From Armatimonadota bacterium (lineage in GTDB: Bacteria > Armatimonadota > Fimbriimonadia > Fimbriimonadales > GBS-DC): DNA of 64,000 nt. The stretch covers positions 1 through 64,000 of the forward strand of contig JBBIML010000007.1 in the NCBI GenBank assembly GCA_037444405.1, in the 5' to 3' direction. The position numbers and the translations under genes are program-made. Shown piece after piece: positions 20,887 to 33,238 of this stretch. The stretch's first letter is position 1. Every line of letters starts with the position of its first letter. The notes below the pieces were generated by a model. It was not told the origin of the DNA. It was given only the letters and a program-made list of their open reading frames with translations, and ran no database searches.

Positions 20887-21867
20887 TTACATCCCTCCCG
20901 CTGGCTTCTCTTTCGCCAGCGATTTGATATACGCGATGAGCTGAACAATCTGTTCTTCGCTTAAAACGCCCTGATAGGGCGGCATGACGGGCTGATAGCC
21001 TGCCACAACCTTCGCGGCAGGGTTCAGAATCGATTCGCGGATATAGGCTTCGTCGGCGGTGACGGTGCGCCCATCCGCTAATTTTACCTTACTGCCGAAC
21101 AGCCCGCGCAGGTCGGGCGCCTTGACAGCGGAGTTAGGGTTCATATGGCAGGTGTTGCATGCGCCAACGCCCTCAAACACCTGCTTGCCCTGCTCCTCCA
21201 GCGAGAGCGCGGTGGTTGTGGGGGCTGCAGCAGGCACACCACCCTGCGACAGCCACCGCTCAAACTCTTCTGGCTTCATCACATAGACCCAGCCAATCAT
21301 CTCCGAATGCTTCGTGCCACAATATTCGGTGCAGAACAGGTGATACTTGCCCGGCTGGGTCGGCGTGAAGAACATCGAGTTGTAGCGACCGGGCACCACA
21401 TCGCGCTTGACGCGAAAGGCGGGGATAGAGAAGGCGTGGATCACATCCTGCGAGATGGCAGTGACCTTCACCAGGCGTCCTGCAGGCAGGTGCAGCTCGT
21501 TATTCTCGCGAACCCCATTCGGATGCTGGGCATGCCACATCCACTGCTTGCCAATCACGAAAACTTCGTAGGCGCCTTCCCGCGGGGCATAGATGGCGCC
21601 GTAAAGCTTGGCGGACCAGGCAAAGATGGTCAGTGCCAGAAAGAGAGGAATAAGCGTCCAGCCCAGCTCCAGGCGCAGGTCAGTCTCCACAGCGTCGTCA
21701 CGGCGCACATCATCATTGCTGGCGCGATACTTCACCGCCAGATAGATAGCACCGAACAACACAATCGCACCGAAAACAATCGCCAGAGCGCTGATCGTCC
21801 AGAAGAGGAGGGAGATGGCTTCGCCCTCCTTTGCAGCGGTCGGCGGGATAAAAGGCGTGCTCCACAT
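20887..21867 (-). CDS. coxB: Cytochrome c oxidase subunit II with fused cytochrome c (caa3 type)
   Basis: CuA motif [16 protein letters not shown], and C-terminal CNTCH heme site. Confidence 0.92.
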   Translation of the reverse strand: MWSTPFIPPTAAKEGEAISLLFWTISALAIVFGAIVLFGAIYLAVKYRASNDDVRRDDAVETDLRLELGWTLIPLFLALTIFAWSAKLYGAIYAPREGAYEVFVIGKQWMWHAQHPNGVRENNELHLPAGRLVKVTAISQDVIHAFSIPAFRVKRDVVPGRYNSMFFTPTQPGKYHLFCTEYCGTKHSEMIGWVYVMKPEEFERWLSQGGVPAAAPTTTALSLEEQGKQVFEGVGACNTCHMNPNSAVKAPDLRGLFGSKVKLADGRTVTADEAYIRESILNPAAKVVAGYQPVMPPYQGVLSEEQIVQLIAYIKSLAKEKPAGGM

Positions 21868-22772
21868 CAGCGATCACCTCCCGATCCGGGCTGCGCAGAT
21901 GCTTCGACATCTTCCAGTGGCTCTTCTACCAGGCGCGGATGGCGACGCTCCCACCAGAGGAAGCCACCAATCAACAGTCCCAGCCCCAGCACCGTGATGA
22001 GGCCGCCCACCTGTACCAGCCGGATAATCACCAGCCCATACTTGCCCGTGGTTGGGTCATATTGATAACAATAGAGCACCAGCCGCTCGGTAGGGTTGCC
22101 AATCTTGCCTTCCGACGCCTCCATAATCGCGAACTTCAGATCGCGTGCCGAGTAGTCGATGCCCAGCAGGTAGCGCGAGAGGCGTCCGTCGGGCGTCAAA
22201 ATCATAATCGCAGCGCTGTGCGCGTACTGCTTCGTGCGCGGGTCATACATATACTTGAAGCCCACCGCATCGGCGAGCAGGCGAATATTGGTCTCCTTGC
22301 CTGTCAGAAAGTGCCAGCCCTTTTCGGCGGTGCCGTGCCGATAGGCTTTCGCGTAATTGGCTTTCTTTTTCGCCGCCAGTTCGGGCGTCTCCGTTGGCGA
22401 GATGCTCACCGTGACGATCTCGAACTGCTCCCCAATCTTATAGTCCAGCGCGTTCAGCGCGCGGGTGAGTTCATTCAGCATCACATTGCACAGCATGGGG
22501 CACTCGTAGTAGTTCAGGGTCAGGATCACCGGGCGCCTGCCGAAGTAGTCGCGCAGTTGCACCGTTTTGCCCGTCTCGTCGCGGAAGGTGAGTTCGAGCG
22601 GGATGCGCGTGTTGAGCTTCTGCTGGATGCCCACATTTTCGCGCACCTGTCGGGTGGGGTCGGCGTCGATGTCGGGCGGACGCCGATACATCTGCGCCCC
22701 TGCCGGGCTGACCACCAGCCAGGTGATCAGCAACGCAACGACTCCACTACCGGGCTGGATTCGCTTGCGCAT
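21867..22772 (-). CDS. SCO family copper chaperone
   Basis: CPMLC motif and YAH. Start at MRKRIQ. Confidence 0.85.
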   Translation of the reverse strand: MRKRIQPGSGVVALLITWLVVSPAGAQMYRRPPDIDADPTRQVRENVGIQQKLNTRIPLELTFRDETGKTVQLRDYFGRRPVILTLNYYECPMLCNVMLNELTRALNALDYKIGEQFEIVTVSISPTETPELAAKKKANYAKAYRHGTAEKGWHFLTGKETNIRLLADAVGFKYMYDPRTKQYAHSAAIMILTPDGRLSRYLLGIDYSARDLKFAIMEASEGKIGNPTERLVLYCYQYDPTTGKYGLVIIRLVQVGGLITVLGLGLLIGGFLWWERRHPRLVEEPLEDVEASAQPGSGGDR

Positions 22773-23184
22773 TGTTGGTTCCACCTCCTGACGCGCCTGG
22801 CAAGCCGCGTTGCAGGATAAGTTCCTTTGCCCGCTCGACGGGGATGCGTGCTGTGCCCGTTTTCGGGTCAACAGCGTAGGTGGTGATTTTTTCGATCTGC
22901 TGGGCGTGGAACTGCTCCCAGTCTCTCATGGGGAAGCCCTGCACGCGCGGCTCGGGCGGCAGTCGTCGCTCCAGAGCCTCTTTACGCACCGATGGCAGGT
23001 TCGGTTCCTCTTTAGGCAATATCCAGAGATAGATGAAGTAGCAGATGATTAACGAGCCAATAATTGTGAAGAAGATGAGCGCGAGGAACTGCACCATCCC
23101 GCGCACGGAGAGGTCGCGTGCCTCGTAGGGCGTCTGCTCAATCTGTTCCAGCTCTTCCAGCGTTACAGGTTTCAGTGTCTCCAT
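22747..23184 (-). CDS. ActG-like single-TM accessory subunit
   Basis: Position after actF, one TM helix, PPEPRVQ and RIPVERA segments. Confidence 0.55.
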   Translation of the reverse strand: METLKPVTLEELEQIEQTPYEARDLSVRGMVQFLALIFFTIIGSLIICYFIYLWILPKEEPNLPSVRKEALERRLPPEPRVQGFPMRDWEQFHAQQIEKITTYAVDPKTGTARIPVERAKELILQRGLPGASGGGTNNAQANPAR

Positions 23185-23196
23185 ACGCCACCTCCG

Positions 23197-24396
23197 TCAG
23201 TGTTCATGCGCCACCTCCAGCAGGCGTGGCTCGTTCTGGGGCAGAATCGGGCGCTTCAGCCAGTAGCCGAAGGTCGACCAGAACCAGAGACCGCCCAGAC
23301 CCACAAAAGCCGCCACATCGGACAGGCTGATGCTGAAGGTCGGCGAGAAGGCGGGCTTGATCTCCCAGAATATCTCGATTACCCGAATGGCTAATAGAAT
23401 TGCCGCGCCCAGAATCAGCTGCTGCGGAATGCGCTTCGTGCGCGGCGCCAGCAGCAGGAAGAAGGGCACAAAGAAGTGGAAAATCACAATCAGCCATGAG
23501 ACGGGATGCCAGCCGCCCTCGTTGCGCCGCAGGTAAAAGCTGGTCTCCTCCGGCAGGTTGCCTGAATAGATAATCAGCAGTTGCGAGAAGGAGACATACG
23601 ACCAGAAGACGGTCATCGTGAAGAGCAGGTTGCCCCAGTCGCGGCGGAACTCGAAGCTGATCAGCCCCTTGAAAGGCGGGATGTCGCGCCAGAGAACGAT
23701 CAGCAGAGTCGCCAGCGCTAATGCTGTCAGCGCGAAGCCCACCAGGAAGATGACCCCGTACATCGTGGAGAACCAGTGCGGCTGCAGCGACATCGCCATA
23801 TCGACGGTGAAGAAGGTCACCGTTAGCACATAGAAGGGGATGCTGATGGCGGCGGGCGTCATGCGCTGGCGCGAGATCAGCTCCGCCTCCAGCGGGTCTT
23901 TCGCGGCGTCCTGCTGGTTGCTGCTGCGCACCATGACATACGCCATGTAGCCCCACAGGGCGAAGTAGAGCGCCATCCGCACCAGGAAGAAGGGCAGGTT
24001 GAGATAGTATTCCGCTTTGAAGGCGATGATGGGGTCGTTTTGAACGGCTTCGGCGTGCGTCCATTCAAAAATCTCGTGTCTGCCGAGCAGGATGGGTAAG
24101 AAGAGAATCACCATCAGCGGGATGAGAGTCTGGGCGCCGGCTTCGAAGAGGCGTATGAGTGGCTGACCCCATTTGCCGCGCACGACATGGATGAGCAGGG
24201 TCATGCCGAGGCCGCCGATGCTCAAGCCTGCCCAGAAGATGTAGGCGAAGTGGTAGCCCTGGAAGGCGAGGGTGCGGTTGGTGGGTAGGGTTAGCACCCA
24301 GCCTGCCAGACCGAGAATGCCGAGCGTGAGGGCGACGCTCCGCCAGCGTGCTATCACTTCGCGTACTGCTTCCGCCGAGAGGTTCGTGATGCTCAT
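23197..24396 (-). CDS. actF: Alternative complex III subunit F
   Basis: Polytopic protein with MSLQPHWFSTMYG and YSGNLPEE. Start at MSITNL. Confidence 0.85.
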   Translation of the reverse strand: MSITNLSAEAVREVIARWRSVALTLGILGLAGWVLTLPTNRTLAFQGYHFAYIFWAGLSIGGLGMTLLIHVVRGKWGQPLIRLFEAGAQTLIPLMVILFLPILLGRHEIFEWTHAEAVQNDPIIAFKAEYYLNLPFFLVRMALYFALWGYMAYVMVRSSNQQDAAKDPLEAELISRQRMTPAAISIPFYVLTVTFFTVDMAMSLQPHWFSTMYGVIFLVGFALTALALATLLIVLWRDIPPFKGLISFEFRRDWGNLLFTMTVFWSYVSFSQLLIIYSGNLPEETSFYLRRNEGGWHPVSWLIVIFHFFVPFFLLLAPRTKRIPQQLILGAAILLAIRVIEIFWEIKPAFSPTFSISLSDVAAFVGLGGLWFWSTFGYWLKRPILPQNEPRLLEVAHEH

Positions 24397-25070
24397 CAGT
24401 GCCCTCCCTCCATGCCTGATTGTTGCTGTTGCATCTGTTTTTGCAGGGCTTCCAGTGCTTTTTGCTGGTCTTCGGGTGGCAGGTCGGTGAACTTTGTGTT
24501 CTGGCTGATTTGCAGGGCGCGGATGTAGGCGGCGATTGCCCAGCGGTCTTCGGGTGGCATGCGCTTGCCGTAGCCGTACATGATGCCGAAGCCGTTGGTG
24601 GCGACGGCGTAGAAGTAGCCGAGCGGCATGCCCCGCATGCGGGCGTCGACCAGCGAGGCGGGCATGCGGGGCCACTGCCCGCGCAGGGCGATCATGCCCT
24701 TGCCGTCGCCTGCCATGCCGTGGCAGGGGCTGCAGAAGACATTATACTGCTCCTGCCCCCGATCCAGGAACTCGCGCGTGAGTTTGAGCGGCGGCGGCAG
24801 AGTATTGAGCTGATTGCCCTTCGCATCCTTGCCTGTGAGCAGGGGGTCGTTCGGGTCAATCAGTTTGCCCCGCGCGATCGTGTTGGGCGGCATGGGGCGT
24901 GAGCCGGAGCCATAGATGTTGCCATCTGGACCGACCAGCTGCTCGGTGAGGGCGTAGAACTCGCTGTTGCCCTGTGCTTCCACGCGCTGCTGCACCCACA
25001 TATCGGTGCGGCAACCGCTCAGAAAGAGCGCCAACACGGCAAAGGCAGCCGAAATCAGTCGCTTTTTCAT
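24396..25070 (-). CDS. actE: Alternative complex III monoheme cytochrome c lipoprotein
   Basis: Lipobox LSGC, single CSPCH, DRWAIAAYIRALQ. Confidence 0.85.
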   Translation of the reverse strand: MKKRLISAAFAVLALFLSGCRTDMWVQQRVEAQGNSEFYALTEQLVGPDGNIYGSGSRPMPPNTIARGKLIDPNDPLLTGKDAKGNQLNTLPPPLKLTREFLDRGQEQYNVFCSPCHGMAGDGKGMIALRGQWPRMPASLVDARMRGMPLGYFYAVATNGFGIMYGYGKRMPPEDRWAIAAYIRALQISQNTKFTDLPPEDQQKALEALQKQMQQQQSGMEGGH

Positions 25071-25615
25071 TCTTCCACCTCGCTGATGCTGATGGGGTTG
25101 AGCGATTGCAGGAAGGCGCGCGTGCGCTGCGGGTCAAACTTCGGATCGCGCGCTTCAATGCAGAGGAAGAATCGGTCCACGCTGGCGCGGGCGAACTGGG
25201 GCACATTGAAGACGGGGTGATAGGGCGCAGGCAGCCCGTTATACGCCAGCATGCCGATGAACGCGCCGAACGCCGCGAACAGCACCATGCACTCGAAGGT
25301 AATGGGGATGAAGTAGGGCCAGCTGATGAGGTCGCGTCCGCCGACATTCAGCGGGTAGTCGACGGCGCTGGTGTAAGCCTGCAGCCCGAAGCCGAACAGT
25401 GCGCCGATCAGCCCGCAGATGAAGACCGTCCAGGGCACCTTCGCCTCGCGGATGCTCATCGCGTCGGTCAAGCCGTGGATAGGAAAGGGGGTGTAGCAGT
25501 CGAAGCGGCGGTAGCCCTCCAGTCGGGTGCGCCGCGCGGCTTCCATCAGCGCCTCTGGCGAGTCGAACTCCGCCATTATGCCGTATATTCGCGGTGCCGT
25601 TGCCACATGTGCCAT
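25067..25615 (-). CDS. actD: Alternative complex III subunit D (DUF3341)
   Basis: YTPFPIHG, DYPLNVGG, FIPITFE. Confidence 0.85.
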   Translation of the reverse strand: MAHVATAPRIYGIMAEFDSPEALMEAARRTRLEGYRRFDCYTPFPIHGLTDAMSIREAKVPWTVFICGLIGALFGFGLQAYTSAVDYPLNVGGRDLISWPYFIPITFECMVLFAAFGAFIGMLAYNGLPAPYHPVFNVPQFARASVDRFFLCIEARDPKFDPQRTRAFLQSLNPISISEVEE

Positions 25616-25618
25616 CGT

Positions 25619-27061
25619 TTATGCGCCTCCTCCCGATGTGGGTGTGGGCGTATGCACGGGTTCGCCTGCGGGGGCGTGCCCGTCGTGCCCACCGCGATGC
25701 CCGTACAGCCGATACCACAAATCTTTCAACTCCGCCATCGCCAGCATCGGCACAAAGCGGGCGAAGAGGAACATCATCATGGTGAAGAAGCCGAGCGTGC
25801 CGATGTAGGTTGCCCAGTCCCAGAAGGTGGGACCGTACATGCCCCATGCGGAGGGTGTGAAGTCGCGATGCATGCTGGTCACCACAATCACGAACCGCTC
25901 CAGCCACATGCCCGTGTTCACTATCAGCGAGATGATAAAGACCCAGAAAAGGTTATGGCGCACCTTCGGGAACCAGAGGCTTTGCGGAACCAGCCCGTTG
26001 CAGAAGATCAATGCCCAGTAAACATGCCAGTACGGACCGAACATGCGGTTCGTGATCATTCCCTTCTCGAACAGGTTCGCGCTGTAGAAGCCGAAGAAGG
26101 CTTCCATCATATAGCCGTAGAACACGATCAGCCCCGTCGCGAGCATCACCTTCGCCATCATGTCGATGTGGTGCATGGTGATGTATTCGCGCAGTTTGGG
26201 GTAGAAGATTCGGAACGGGATGACGAGCGTCAGCACCATCGCGAAGCCCGAATAGATGGCGCCTGCCACGAAGTAGGGCGGGAAGAGGGTGACATGCCAG
26301 CCGGGCACGATGGAGATGGCGAAGTCGAGGCTCACCACCGAGTGGACGGACAGCACGAGTGGGGTGGACAGCCCTGCAAGCAACAGGTAGGCGCTATCGA
26401 AGCGCATCCAGTGGATTGCGGAGTTGCGCCAGCCCCATGAGAGGATGCCGCTGATCACTTTCGCCAGCTGGCTCTTCGCACGATCACGCACCGCCGCCAG
26501 ATCGGGGATCAGCCCCATGTACCAGAACAGCACGGAGACGGTGAAGTAGGTGGAGACGGCGAACACATCCCACTCCAGCGGGCTGCGGAACTGGGGCCAT
26601 AATGCCAGCCAATTGGGCAGCGGGAAGAGCCAGTAAGCCGCCCATGGCCGTCCTGTGTGGAAGAGGGGGAACAGCCCTGCGCACATCACGGCGAAGATGG
26701 TCATCGCTTCGGCGAAGCGGTTGATGGACATGCGCCACGCCTGACGCATGAGCAATAGAATCGCGGAGATGAGGGTGCCAGCGTGTCCGATACCAATCCA
26801 CCAGACGAAGTTAATAATCGCGAAGCCCCAGGCGACAGGCTGATTGATGCCCCAGATGCCCGTGCCGATGAGTACCAGCCACACCAGCGCGAAGATCAGG
26901 AGCGTGGTGCCGATGAAGCCCAGCCCGAAGGTGATGGTCCAGGCGGTCGGGTGTCGATCGAACGGGATGTCGCCTATTTGCGCGGTGATACGCTCATAGG
27001 TTTGCTCGCGCTCAAACAGCGGCGGCTCCTGAATCGCTCGTGCTTTAATGGCTTCCTGCAT
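25619..27061 (-). CDS. actC: Alternative complex III subunit C (NrfD family)
   Basis: NFVWWIGIGHAGTLISA, RFAEAMT, HTGRPW, WDVFAVSTY, GMWLERF. Confidence 0.9.
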   Translation of the reverse strand: MQEAIKARAIQEPPLFEREQTYERITAQIGDIPFDRHPTAWTITFGLGFIGTTLLIFALVWLVLIGTGIWGINQPVAWGFAIINFVWWIGIGHAGTLISAILLLMRQAWRMSINRFAEAMTIFAVMCAGLFPLFHTGRPWAAYWLFPLPNWLALWPQFRSPLEWDVFAVSTYFTVSVLFWYMGLIPDLAAVRDRAKSQLAKVISGILSWGWRNSAIHWMRFDSAYLLLAGLSTPLVLSVHSVVSLDFAISIVPGWHVTLFPPYFVAGAIYSGFAMVLTLVIPFRIFYPKLREYITMHHIDMMAKVMLATGLIVFYGYMMEAFFGFYSANLFEKGMITNRMFGPYWHVYWALIFCNGLVPQSLWFPKVRHNLFWVFIISLIVNTGMWLERFVIVVTSMHRDFTPSAWGMYGPTFWDWATYIGTLGFFTMMMFLFARFVPMLAMAELKDLWYRLYGHRGGHDGHAPAGEPVHTPTPTSGGGA

Positions 27062-30000
27062 CGTGCGCCTCCATGTTCAGTTCGGGGTTGGGATTCTCAA
27101 TTTTTGCCAAATAGGTAGTTCGCGGGCGGGTGTTGAGTTCTTCGAGCATGGTGAAGAGGTGTGGCTCGCGGCGCAGGCGGCTGACGGTGCTGTCGGGGTC
27201 GTTGATGTCGCCGAATGTGATGGCGCCCGTCGGGCACGCCTGCTGACATGCGGGCACTATTTCGCCGTCGCGGATGCGGCGGTTTTCTTTTTTCGCCTGA
27301 ATACGCGCCCGATTGATGCGCTGGACGCAGTAGGTGCATTTCTCCATCACACCGCGTCCGCGCACGGTTACATCGGGGTTCTGGAGCAGGTGCAGCACAG
27401 GCTGGCGGTAGTAGGTGTAGCGGTAGTAGTTGAATCGACGTACTTTGTAGGGGCAGTTGTTGGAGCAGTAGCGTGTGCCGACACAGCGGTTGTAGACCAT
27501 CTGGTTCAAGCCCTCTTCGCTATGCACCGTCGCGGCAACAGGGCAGACCAGCTCGCACGGCGCGTTCTCACACTGCATGCAGGGCACTGGCAGCTGATAA
27601 GTGCGCGGGTTGTCGGGCGAACCCTTGAAGTAGCGATCGATACGCAACCAGAACATCTCACGCTGGCGAATGACCTCCGTTTTGCCCACCACCGGGATGT
27701 TATTTTCCGCCTGGCACGCCGTCACGCACGCGCTACAGCCGGTGCAGACGGTCGGGTCTATCACCATTGCCCACGCATAGCGGTAGTTGTTCGGGTTCTT
27801 GTAGCGGTCGTACTTATATCCTCTGTACATCGAGGGCAGCTCGCCGCTCTCGCCGTGTCGTTTCTTTGTCAGATGCGGGTCGTCGTTGAACTCTTTGAGC
27901 GTGCCAATGAGCATGATAGGGCGGTGGTGGAGGCTGTCGAGCTGTTCGTGTTCGATGAGGTGGTGCTCTTCGGTTCGGGCGACGGGGTAGCGTTGTCCTG
28001 TGGTGGTGGCTTCTGCGCCGCTGGTGAACCACATGGCGTCGCTGGTGCGGAGAGTGTAGGCGTTGAAGCCTGTGCCGGAGCCGCTGGAGCCGGCGCGGGT
28101 GCGCCCGTAGCCCAGATGGAGGGTGATGGCGTTGTCCACATGTCCGGGTATCGGGTACGCCGCGGCGATGAGGGTGCGCCCGTTGACCCGAATCTGGATG
28201 AGGGGTGCGCTGTCATGCACGAAGGCGACCTTCTCGTTGCCCACCACACCCAGTTCGCGTGCCGTCTTGAGGCTCATAAACGCGAGGTTGTCCCAGCAGA
28301 TGCGGCTGACGGGTTTTGGCAGCTCCTGCAACCAGGTGTTGTTGGCGTATCGCCCGTCGTACATGGTGGGGTCAGGGGCGAAGCGCAGTTCCAGCGATGT
28401 GGGTGTGGGTTGCGGAAGCTGCGCTTCCGCAGTCCATGTGGGCAGGTTGACGCTCAGGTTGGTTCGCAGCGCCACTGTTTTCACGGGCAGTGCGGTACGC
28501 GCCATCACACCATCATGCACGCTCTTGCGCCAGAAAGCGTCGAACTGCGCATCGGGCACAATCTTTGCGCTTTTCCAGTGGCTCTGCACCAGCTCAAACG
28601 GTTGCTTCCCACCCTGCCCATTAAGGGTCGCCATCAACTCTAATGCGGAGCGGGTGTTGGGATAGAGCGGGAAAATGAGGGGCTGCTGGATGGTTACGGT
28701 GCCGTCGAAGGCGCGGGCGTCGCCCCAGGTTTCGAAGGGGTGGCTTTCGGGTATGTGCCAGACGCAGAGGGCGGAGGTTTCGTCGGTGTAGCGGCTCAGG
28801 TGGACGCTGAAGGGCACTTTCGGGATGAGTTCGGCGAAGTTGAGGTCGGCGGGCGCGTCATAGGCGGGGTTCGTGCCCAGCATAATCAGCACCTCAACCT
28901 GACCTGCTTCCATTTCCTTTGCCAGTGTGCGGATGTCTTCGGTGCAGAGGGTCGGCTTCGCTTCGGGCGGTGCGGTGAAGACGATGGTTTTGCCGAGGTT
29001 GCCCAGTGCGGCGTTGATGGCGAAGGCGATGGCATGCACTTCGGGCGGTTGCGCCTCGCCCACAATCACGACGCTCTCACCTCTGTGCGCCATGAGGTCG
29101 CGGGCGACGACTTCTGCCCATTTTTGCTCGTCGGGAGTGAGTTGACCTGTCGCGTTAATCTGGATGGGTGCGTTGATGGCGCGTGCGATGGCTGCGGCGA
29201 GCAGCCCGATGCGGCTGGAGTGAATAGGCAAGCGGTGGTCGGCGGTGAAGCCTGTAACGGTGGGCATCGGTTCGGCAACATAGAGGCGGTTCATTTCGCG
29301 CTGGTTTTCTCGCACGCGTCGTCCGTCGGCGAACTCGCGGGCGTAGCGCACGGCTGCGGGTCCCATGTAGAGGAAGTCGCTGTCAAGGGCGAGGATGACC
29401 TTTGCCTGGCGCAGGCGGTAGATGGGGTTCAGGAACTCGCCGAATGCCAGGCGTGTGCCCGCATAGAGGTTATCGTTGTTGACCGCTTCCCATTGATACC
29501 ATTTTGCCTTCGGGTACGCCTTGAGGAACGCCTGAATCTGTGCGGCGAGCGAGGGCGAGGTGATGACTCCTGTGAGCAGGTGGATGCCTGCGCCCTGCTT
29601 TGCCTGCTGGAGGGCGAGCTGTTGCGTCAGTTCGCTGGTGAAGACCTGCCAGGGCTGAATCTGTCCGAATTTGAGCAGGCTCTGGGAGCGGTCGGGATCG
29701 TAGAGGTTGAGGATTTCCGCCTGTGTGATGGCGTCGGTTGCTCCCAGACTGGCGGGGTGCAGTTCGTTGCCTTCCAGTTTGATGGGTCGCCCTTCATACA
29801 CGCGCGCCAGCACGCCCTTTGCGTAGCCGCTGAGCGTGACGGCGGTGGCGTAGTAGAGCGATTCGCCTGGCAGAGCTTCTTCGGGGATTTTGGCGCGGGC
29901 GATGATGGGTCCCTGGGGTTTGTAGCCGCAGGCGGATAGCCCCGCCATCGCCAGCGATGCGCCCATGAGCTTGAGAAACTGGCGGCGGCTGACGAAATCG

Positions 30001-30116
30001 CTGTGGGGCGCCGCCTCTGGCGCGAACTCGCGCTGCGTTTGTGCCTTCAGTTCGGGCGTGTCCACCCACTCGTTCCAGCTTCGCCAGAGCCTGTCCTCGT
30101 TGCGCTTCGCTTCCAT
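27045..30116 (-). CDS. actB: Alternative complex III subunit B (molybdopterin-oxidoreductase-like plus Fe-S domains)
   Basis: Tat motif SRRQFLK with LSAC lipobox; GRPIKLEGN; Fe-S motifs CTGCSAC, CMQC, CVGTRYC, KCTYC. Confidence 0.9.
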   Translation of the reverse strand: MEAKRNEDRLWRSWNEWVDTPELKAQTQREFAPEAAPHSDFVSRRQFLKLMGASLAMAGLSACGYKPQGPIIARAKIPEEALPGESLYYATAVTLSGYAKGVLARVYEGRPIKLEGNELHPASLGATDAITQAEILNLYDPDRSQSLLKFGQIQPWQVFTSELTQQLALQQAKQGAGIHLLTGVITSPSLAAQIQAFLKAYPKAKWYQWEAVNNDNLYAGTRLAFGEFLNPIYRLRQAKVILALDSDFLYMGPAAVRYAREFADGRRVRENQREMNRLYVAEPMPTVTGFTADHRLPIHSSRIGLLAAAIARAINAPIQINATGQLTPDEQKWAEVVARDLMAHRGESVVIVGEAQPPEVHAIAFAINAALGNLGKTIVFTAPPEAKPTLCTEDIRTLAKEMEAGQVEVLIMLGTNPAYDAPADLNFAELIPKVPFSVHLSRYTDETSALCVWHIPESHPFETWGDARAFDGTVTIQQPLIFPLYPNTRSALELMATLNGQGGKQPFELVQSHWKSAKIVPDAQFDAFWRKSVHDGVMARTALPVKTVALRTNLSVNLPTWTAEAQLPQPTPTSLELRFAPDPTMYDGRYANNTWLQELPKPVSRICWDNLAFMSLKTARELGVVGNEKVAFVHDSAPLIQIRVNGRTLIAAAYPIPGHVDNAITLHLGYGRTRAGSSGSGTGFNAYTLRTSDAMWFTSGAEATTTGQRYPVARTEEHHLIEHEQLDSLHHRPIMLIGTLKEFNDDPHLTKKRHGESGELPSMYRGYKYDRYKNPNNYRYAWAMVIDPTVCTGCSACVTACQAENNIPVVGKTEVIRQREMFWLRIDRYFKGSPDNPRTYQLPVPCMQCENAPCELVCPVAATVHSEEGLNQMVYNRCVGTRYCSNNCPYKVRRFNYYRYTYYRQPVLHLLQNPDVTVRGRGVMEKCTYCVQRINRARIQAKKENRRIRDGEIVPACQQACPTGAITFGDINDPDSTVSRLRREPHLFTMLEELNTRPRTTYLAKIENPNPELNMEAHDAGSH

Positions 30117-30126
30117 TGCCGTCTCT

Positions 30127-30849
30127 CTATCGGTGGCACACTGAGCAGTCGCTCAGTTGCTCCTTGTGGATGTTGTACTGGTTGACCAGCAGTGCGCCCA
30201 GCTCTTCCTGATTGCGGGGTAATTTGCCGTTCCACTGAATGCCATGCTTCTCTAACAGCGCGCGCATTTCTTCGGCTGTGCGTGGCACTTTGTAGGACAT
30301 ATTGAACACTTCGCCTTTGGGGCGGATATATTTTTCGGGGTTGCGGTGGCAGTTCAGGCACCACCACATTGAGAAGGGCTGGGACTTGGCGGTGAGCTGC
30401 ATCTTTTCGATGCCCGCGTGGCACTCGTTGCAGCCGATGCCTTTGTTCACATGGATGCTGTGGTCGAAGTAGACGAATTCGGGCAGGTCGTTGACCTTGT
30501 TCCAGACGATGGGCTGGTCTTTCTCGTAGCTGTCGCGTATGGGCTGGAGCAGGGGGCTGTTCGTCCATATCTGGGAGTGGCAGGTCATGCAGACTTCGGC
30601 GGGGGGCACGCCTGCATGTGCCGATTTGGTGACCGACCAGTGGCAGTAGCGGCAGTCGATGCCCAGCTCCTCGGCGTGGTGCTTGTGGCTGAAGGGCACG
30701 GGCTGGTCCGGCGGTTCGCCCGCGCGCGTCCACCATGGCGAGCGGGTGATGCTGGAGCCGCCCAGCACCAGGGCAATCAGCGCCAGCAGTCCACCACCGA
30801 TTGTTGCCCGCGCGACCGTGTTATGGTATCGCTTAAAGACCTGTGCCAT
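30127..30849 (-). CDS. actA: Alternative complex III pentaheme cytochrome c
   Basis: Five CxxCH motifs (CRYCH, CMTCH, CNECH, CLNCH, CSVCH). Start at MAQVF. Confidence 0.88.
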   Translation of the reverse strand: MAQVFKRYHNTVARATIGGGLLALIALVLGGSSITRSPWWTRAGEPPDQPVPFSHKHHAEELGIDCRYCHWSVTKSAHAGVPPAEVCMTCHSQIWTNSPLLQPIRDSYEKDQPIVWNKVNDLPEFVYFDHSIHVNKGIGCNECHAGIEKMQLTAKSQPFSMWWCLNCHRNPEKYIRPKGEVFNMSYKVPRTAEEMRALLEKHGIQWNGKLPRNQEELGALLVNQYNIHKEQLSDCSVCHR

Positions 30850-31048
30850 TGCCGTGGACCTCGCCACCTTATAGAATCGTGCCGTCGACACGCCCTGCGC
30901 ACCGACGACCGATTCGTGATTTTCATCACAAAGTTAGCCACGCTAAGCATTTTCCCTCTAACTAAAAGGGCGCGTCTCGCGCCGTCGCATAGACTATACC
31001 CCATCGATGAGGGCTTTGTCAAGTGGTCGGGGCACTTTGTGCCTTTTT

Positions 31049-32743
<1,695 letters not shown>

Positions 32744-32819
32744 CTACAGAGGCATCCTGCCCAGTCGATTGTACCCGCTCGATGCGGGGTACAATATCTT
32801 TACAGGGGGCGGTTTGGCG

Positions 32820-33236
32820 ATGGTCTATTCGGCGAGGTTCTCGGTGCAGACGCAGGGCAACGACGACATGCTCGACATCACGGGTCAGGTCGAGCAGGCG
32901 CTTTTGCAGAGCGGGCTGCTGAACGGCATCGCGACGGTGTTCGTGGTCGGCTCCACCGTAGCCGTCACCACCATCGAGTACGAGCCAGGCTTGCAGCAGG
33001 ATATGGCGCGGGTGATGGAACGGATTGCGCCGCGCGACGAGTTCTATGCGCACGAAGCCCGCTGGAGAGATGATAACGGGCACTCGCATATCCGCGCCTC
33101 GATCCTGGGTCCCTCGCTCACGGTGCCCTTTGTGAACGGGCAGCTGGTGATTGGCACCTGGCAGCAGATTGTGCTGGTCGATTTCGACACGCGCCCGCGC
33201 ACCCGCACGGTGCATGTGCAGATTATCGGGGAGTGA
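32820..33236 (+). CDS. YjbQ/UPF0047 family protein
   Basis: DNGHSHIRAS, GTWQQI, DFD motifs. Confidence 0.85.
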   Translation: MVYSARFSVQTQGNDDMLDITGQVEQALLQSGLLNGIATVFVVGSTVAVTTIEYEPGLQQDMARVMERIAPRDEFYAHEARWRDDNGHSHIRASILGPSLTVPFVNGQLVIGTWQQIVLVDFDTRPRTRTVHVQIIGE

Positions 33237-33238
33237 GC